From positions 1 through 43,894 of the forward strand of contig JBBQYF010000002.1 of the NCBI GenBank assembly GCA_038208955.1: DNA of 43,894 bases, in the 5' to 3' direction. The notes beneath the pieces were generated by a model. The model did no database searches. It saw nothing but the letters and a program-made list of their open reading frames with translations, and had not been told where the DNA came from. This DNA is from Elusimicrobiota bacterium (GTDB taxonomy: Bacteria; Elusimicrobiota; Elusimicrobia; 2-01-FULL-59-12). The position numbers and the translations under genes were made by a program. Below, piece by piece: positions 39,860 to 43,894 of the stretch (within the stretch, counting starts at the first letter, position 1; every line of letters begins with the position of its first letter).

Positions 39860-42800
39860 GTGGAGGCCTCCCTGACTCGCTTGACGAGGAAGCTTGCTTC
39901 GCACCATCTAAGACTTCCCGCACTTTATGGCAGAGGCCCTCACCGGTAAATGTTTTCTCAATAAAGTTTGTGCCAGGCTCTAGGACGCCGCGCTGACTGA
40001 TGATCTCCTGGTTATAGCCGGACATATAAAGAACGGACATGCCCGGTCGTTTGGACGCGATCGTCTTGGCCAACTCGCTTCCGTTCATGCCCGGCATAAT
40101 AACGTCCGTCAACAGAAGATCGATGGGCCCCTCATGCTTGCCGCTGATGTCGATCGCGACTTGCCCGTTGCGTGCATGAAGGACGGTGTATCCTCTCTTG
40201 CGCAAGGCTTTGACGACCACTTTTCGAGCGATGTCTTCGTCTTCGGTCAGGAGAATCGTCTCAGAACCTCCTCGCGCGTCCCGGCGATCCGCATTTCGTC
40301 GGTCGGCATTGGGAGATGCCTCCACACGAGGAAAGTAAATTCGGAAGGTCGTACCCTTTCCCAGGTCGCTCTTCACCCGAATGTCGCCACCCGCTTGCTT
40401 CACGATACCGTAGACGTTGGCGAGGCCTAGGCCCGCGCCCTTTCCCCCTTTCGTCGTAAAGAAAGGGTCAAACATGTGATCCAGGATTTCGGGAGCCATC
40501 CCGCACCCGGTATCCGATACTGTTAGGACGACGTAGGGGCCGGGCTTCGCGGCAAAATTCCCTATGACGTGATTTTCATCTAAGTTCACATTCGCCGTTT
40601 CCAGGGTGAGCTTGCCGCCGGCGAGCATCGCATCGCGGGCATTGAGTCCGAGATTGAGAATCACCTGTTCCAAATTTCCGGGATCGATGTGCATCGACCC
40701 TAGTTGGGGATCTAACACCGTTTTCACGTCGATGTCTTCCCCCAAAAGCCGTCGAAAAAGTCCGTCCATCGTGGCAATGATTTCATTGAGATTGAGAACC
40801 TGGGGATTGATGACTTGCCGCCGGCCAAACGCCAAAAGCTGTTTGGTAATGACCGTTGCTTTTCGGGCCGCGCTGATAATATGTTCCAAATCCGCTCGGT
40901 GCGGACTTCCCGGGCCCAACTCCGCGTGGAGATCGTCTGTAATTCCCAAAATCCCGGTCATCAAATTATTAAAGTCATGCGCCACGCCGCCCGCTAAGCG
41001 ACCGATGGCTTCCAGTTTTTCCGCCTGATGCAACGCATTTTGCGACCGGACGAGCTCTTCGGTCCGTTGTTTCACCTGCGTTTCCAGCTCCGTCGCCCAG
41101 ACCACCGCGGCGGCCTGGCGCTCTTTGGCCAGCTGAATGTCCGAAAAAGATAAAACGACCCCGTCGATCTTGTCATCCAAGGTTTTGTAGGGCTGAGCCC
41201 GCAAGTTATACCAATGGCCTTCCCGGTCCTGGATCTCACGCTGCTCAATGACGAGGGTGCCCAGGACAGACGTAATCAGCGGCCTTAAATCAGGGGGAGA
41301 GAGGGCGAGGTTTAATTCGTGAATGGATTTACCGATATCGACGTGTGCAATGTGTAGCAGCTTTTCAGCGGCCGGCGTAAGCCGCCGGATATGCTGGTCT
41401 TTCCCGAGGATGACGATCGGGACATTGGCCCCGCCCATCAAATTCACCAAATCGTCGTTCAGATGGGTCAGTTCCACATTGCGACTATTCAACTCTTCGT
41501 TCAGCGTGGTGGTTTCTTCGTTGGTGGATTGCAGCTCTTCCTTTGCGGTTTGCAATTCCTCGTTGGCGCTTTGGAACTCTTCATTGGTCGATAGAGCTTC
41601 CTCGTTCGCCGATTTCAGTTCATCATTCACGCTTTCCTGATCGTTAATCGTCGACTGGAGATAATTCTTGGTCGCGGTCAGCTCTTTTTTAAGGCGGATA
41701 TTTTCCAGTTCGGCGATCTGGCAAGCGGTCTTGTAATCGCGAGGGTTGCCGGCGCTCTGTCCGCGACGCGCCCTCTTGCTCTCGGGGGGATCGCTCGGGA
41801 GCGCCTCTTCAAACAAGACCAGAAAGTGCGCCTCGCGGGTAGGGACCTGGGTCAGAGGAACGACTTCTATCGTCACGTTTCTAAAATGGCCGCCCCGTCT
41901 GATCCGAGAGCCTTCCGCTCGGACGGGATGATTCTCCTTCTTGGCTTTATGAATGGCCGGGCGCAGCTCGAGTAGTAGTCCTTCTTTGGCCAGTTTTAAG
42001 AGATTCAGGCTCGCCGTGCCGGCGACATGTTCCAAGTACTGATTGACGGGGCCGCGGAACTCCACAATCTTCATGGACCCGTCAATGATGACGCCCGCGA
42101 GGGCCCGTTTCTCGAGCACATATTGATCAGCCTCTTGGTGCATGGTCGGGGGGCTCTTGACTTCGTTCGGCCTCTTCGGCATTTCAGGCGGTGTTCGCAA
42201 GGTCGGATAGTCCGCGTGACTGAATACGGGATGCTGCCCGACCGCGACGTTTTTCTTCGCATAAATCTTCACCTTTTTATCGAGTGGACTAAAAAGAGTC
42301 GAAAAAGCACCCAAGGCTTCGGAATTTCCCAACAGCAAGATCCCGGTCGACTTGAGAGAATAATTGAAAACGGCCATCACCTGTTTTTGCAGCACGGGAC
42401 CTAAATAAATCAGGACGTTGCGACACGAGATTAAATCCAATTTGGAGAAGGGAGGATCTTTAGCGACATTCTGCTTCGCGAAGATGCAAACATCTTTGAC
42501 GGATTTATTAATTTGATATCCGCCGGAGACCGCGGTGAAGAATCGGCGCCGACGTTCTGCCGAGACCCGTGCCACCGCGGCTTCCGTGTAAAGCCCCGTC
42601 CGGGCTCGCTGGAGGGGTCGATCTCCAATATCGGTACCAAACACCTGGATCGGAACTCTTTGATCGCCGAGAAATTCCAGTAAGCAGATAACCACCGAAT
42701 AGACTTCTTCGCCCGTGGCACATCCCGGCACCCAGATACGGATCGGTTCACTCACCGCTCTATTCTTCATCAAGCGCGGAAATACATTGGTCTTTAGCGT

Positions 42801-43742
42801 CTCGAAGGTCTCCGGATCACGGAAGAATTCGGTCACATGAATCAAAATATCATCGTAGAGAAACCCAATTTCTTCCGACTCGGCTTTGAGAATCTTGACG
42901 TACTCTTTGAGCGAGGTGACCCTTTGAACCACCATCCGCCGGGTGATTCGGCGCTTAAGGGTGGCTTGCTTATAATGGGTGAAATCGACGCCTCGGGCCC
43001 GGTGTAAAAGAGAATAAATCGTTGCAAGCCCATCGTCCTCTGGCAATAATTCCTCGCCGGAAACCTTTCGTAGCCGGTCAGCGGTGGGATCGCGCGCAAT
43101 GCGCACCAGTTCTTTCGCGATTCCTGCAGGAGGAAGAACGAAATCGACGAGCCCCGTCGCCATCGCGGTCGCCGGCATGGACCCGGTCTTGGCCGAAGCA
43201 TCTTGGGCAAAGGTGATTCCCCCTTCCGCTTTAATCGCCTCAAGCGCGTGAGAGCCGTCGCCGTCACCCCCGGAAAGAATGACCGCAATCGCCTCACTGC
43301 CTTTATCCGCGGCCAGCGACCGCAAGAAATAATCTATCGGCATGAAAGGACTACCGGCCTCTTTTCGTCCGGTCAGCGTCAAGACGCCCCTGTGAATACT
43401 CATCTGGGTGTTAGGCGGGATGACGTACACGTGGTTGGGTTCGACAGGCGTCTTATCGATTGCTTCCGTGACGGGTAACTTCGTCTGTCGCGAGAGAATG
43501 TCCGCGAGCAGGCTTTTATGGTCCGCGGATAAGTGTTGGATCAAGATAAACGCCATTCCCGTATCGATGGGCAAAGCGGTTAGGAGCTGTGTAAAAGCTT
43601 CCAGTCCTCCAGCCGATGCGCCGACGCCAACAACTGGAAAGGATTTATTCGGAGATTGAGAGGGTTGGATGGAAAGGATTGGGGGAAGCTTTTTAGCCGT
43701 CACAGATCGCCCCTGAGAACTGCCACCGTTACGGGAAGTCAT
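39852..43742 (-). CDS. CheB methylesterase - CheR methyltransferase - PAS - coiled coil - PAS - HisKA - HATPase_c - receiver fusion protein
   Basis: Domain order read from the translation:
- CheB domain: VGVGASAGGLEAF, ILIQHL, LSGGDGDGS.
- CheR: THYKQATLKRRITRRM, IWVPGCATGEEVYS, ISCRNVLIY.
- PAS-like region, NEEL heptad coiled coil, second PAS.
- Kinase and REC: AHDFNNLM H-box, HATPase boxes, REC (LLLTDVIMPGMNG).
The start is set at ATG 43742 (GGGGG RBS); the track TTG is at 43778. Confidence 0.85.
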   Translation of the reverse strand: MTSRNGGSSQGRSVTAKKLPPILSIQPSQSPNKSFPVVGVGASAGGLEAFTQLLTALPIDTGMAFILIQHLSADHKSLLADILSRQTKLPVTEAIDKTPVEPNHVYVIPPNTQMSIHRGVLTLTGRKEAGSPFMPIDYFLRSLAADKGSEAIAVILSGGDGDGSHALEAIKAEGGITFAQDASAKTGSMPATAMATGLVDFVLPPAGIAKELVRIARDPTADRLRKVSGEELLPEDDGLATIYSLLHRARGVDFTHYKQATLKRRITRRMVVQRVTSLKEYVKILKAESEEIGFLYDDILIHVTEFFRDPETFETLKTNVFPRLMKNRAVSEPIRIWVPGCATGEEVYSVVICLLEFLGDQRVPIQVFGTDIGDRPLQRARTGLYTEAAVARVSAERRRRFFTAVSGGYQINKSVKDVCIFAKQNVAKDPPFSKLDLISCRNVLIYLGPVLQKQVMAVFNYSLKSTGILLLGNSEALGAFSTLFSPLDKKVKIYAKKNVAVGQHPVFSHADYPTLRTPPEMPKRPNEVKSPPTMHQEADQYVLEKRALAGVIIDGSMKIVEFRGPVNQYLEHVAGTASLNLLKLAKEGLLLELRPAIHKAKKENHPVRAEGSRIRRGGHFRNVTIEVVPLTQVPTREAHFLVLFEEALPSDPPESKRARRGQSAGNPRDYKTACQIAELENIRLKKELTATKNYLQSTINDQESVNDELKSANEEALSTNEEFQSANEELQTAKEELQSTNEETTTLNEELNSRNVELTHLNDDLVNLMGGANVPIVILGKDQHIRRLTPAAEKLLHIAHVDIGKSIHELNLALSPPDLRPLITSVLGTLVIEQREIQDREGHWYNLRAQPYKTLDDKIDGVVLSFSDIQLAKERQAAAVVWATELETQVKQRTEELVRSQNALHQAEKLEAIGRLAGGVAHDFNNLMTGILGITDDLHAELGPGSPHRADLEHIISAARKATVITKQLLAFGRRQVINPQVLNLNEIIATMDGLFRRLLGEDIDVKTVLDPQLGSMHIDPGNLEQVILNLGLNARDAMLAGGKLTLETANVNLDENHVIGNFAAKPGPYVVLTVSDTGCGMAPEILDHMFDPFFTTKGGKGAGLGLANVYGIVKQAGGDIRVKSDLGKGTTFRIYFPRVEASPNADRRNADRRDARGGSETILLTEDEDIARKVVVKALRKRGYTVLHARNGQVAIDISGKHEGPIDLLLTDVIMPGMNGSELAKTIASKRPGMSVLYMSGYNQEIISQRGVLEPGTNFIEKTFTGEGLCHKVREVLDGAKQASSSSESGRPPHV
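41445..41640 (-). repeat. 21-bp (heptad) periodic coding repeat: [S/T]xNEE[L/F]Q coiled coil
   Basis: It encodes NDELKSANEEALSTNEEFQSANEELQTAKEELQSTNEETTTLNEELNSRNVELTHLNDDL. The DNA shows recurring ctcttc/ctcctc-gtt units every 21 nt. Confidence 0.7.
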
Positions 43743-43894
43743 AATGCCCCCTTCTGGTGGATCTGGAACTGAGAGCAATGGAGCTGGTAAAAGAGTCCAT
43801 CGACGCGACTAGTCACGGTGACTTCCCTTTCAGATACTAATTCAAAAGTAGTCTGCGACGGCCCCAAGGCGCTCCTGGTGGATGCCAAACCCCG
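43739..43894 (-). CDS. 3-prime end of an upstream gene, coupled to the CheB-CheR fusion gene (partial, unknown function)
   Basis: The minus-strand frame is open from the window edge for 51 codons (...EREVTVTSRVDGLFYQLHCSQFQIHQKGAL). It ends at TGA 43741..43739, overlapping ATG 43742 (ATGA). It is too short to identify. Confidence 0.3.
   Translation of the reverse strand, partial: RGLASTRSALGPSQTTFELVSEREVTVTSRVDGLFYQLHCSQFQIHQKGAL

Overview
This is a 43.9-kb window of a moderately GC-rich bacterial chromosome. Spot counts of single 60-nt lines give about 55-60% GC in housekeeping genes; no full computation was done.

- **1-11.5 kb, housekeeping:** a partial secreted beta-helix protein, a degraded DMT_6 gene, a GGQ mini release factor, an M1 aminopeptidase, a heme operon (fused hemD-hemE, hemH, hemY) and a DsbD-type reductase.
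- **11.7-19.5 kb:** an IS1182-family element (11686-13325) lies 109 nt upstream of a PorV-like barrel gene. That gene is followed by a 1649-aa multidomain surface protein with a T9SS-type C-terminal sorting domain.
- **19.7-24.7 kb:** an accessory block of disrupted or unrecognisable genes.
- **24.7-31.3 kb:** a lower-GC integrative element. It carries a tyrosine integrase whose 3-prime end overlaps a tRNA-Gln-like 3-prime half, an excisionase, a Toprim primase, a P-loop helicase-like protein and an iteron-like repeat cluster.
- **31.6-43.9 kb:** a frameshifted pyridine-nucleotide disulfide oxidoreductase, an FAD/Rieske-PCD operon with a decayed CheB-like paralog, and the most unusual feature of the window. 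That feature is a tightly coupled minus-strand operon joining a KaiC-like double ATPase, a REC-less CheB domain, a PAS-HK-REC kinase and a ~1300-aa CheB-CheR-PAS-HK-REC fusion. No MCP, CheA, CheW, KaiA or KaiB gene is present in the window.

I saw no rRNA, complete tRNA or CRISPR array. Hand translation found several single-nucleotide frame disruptions; these may be real decay or assembly errors. All family assignments rest on motifs recalled from memory, not on database searches.
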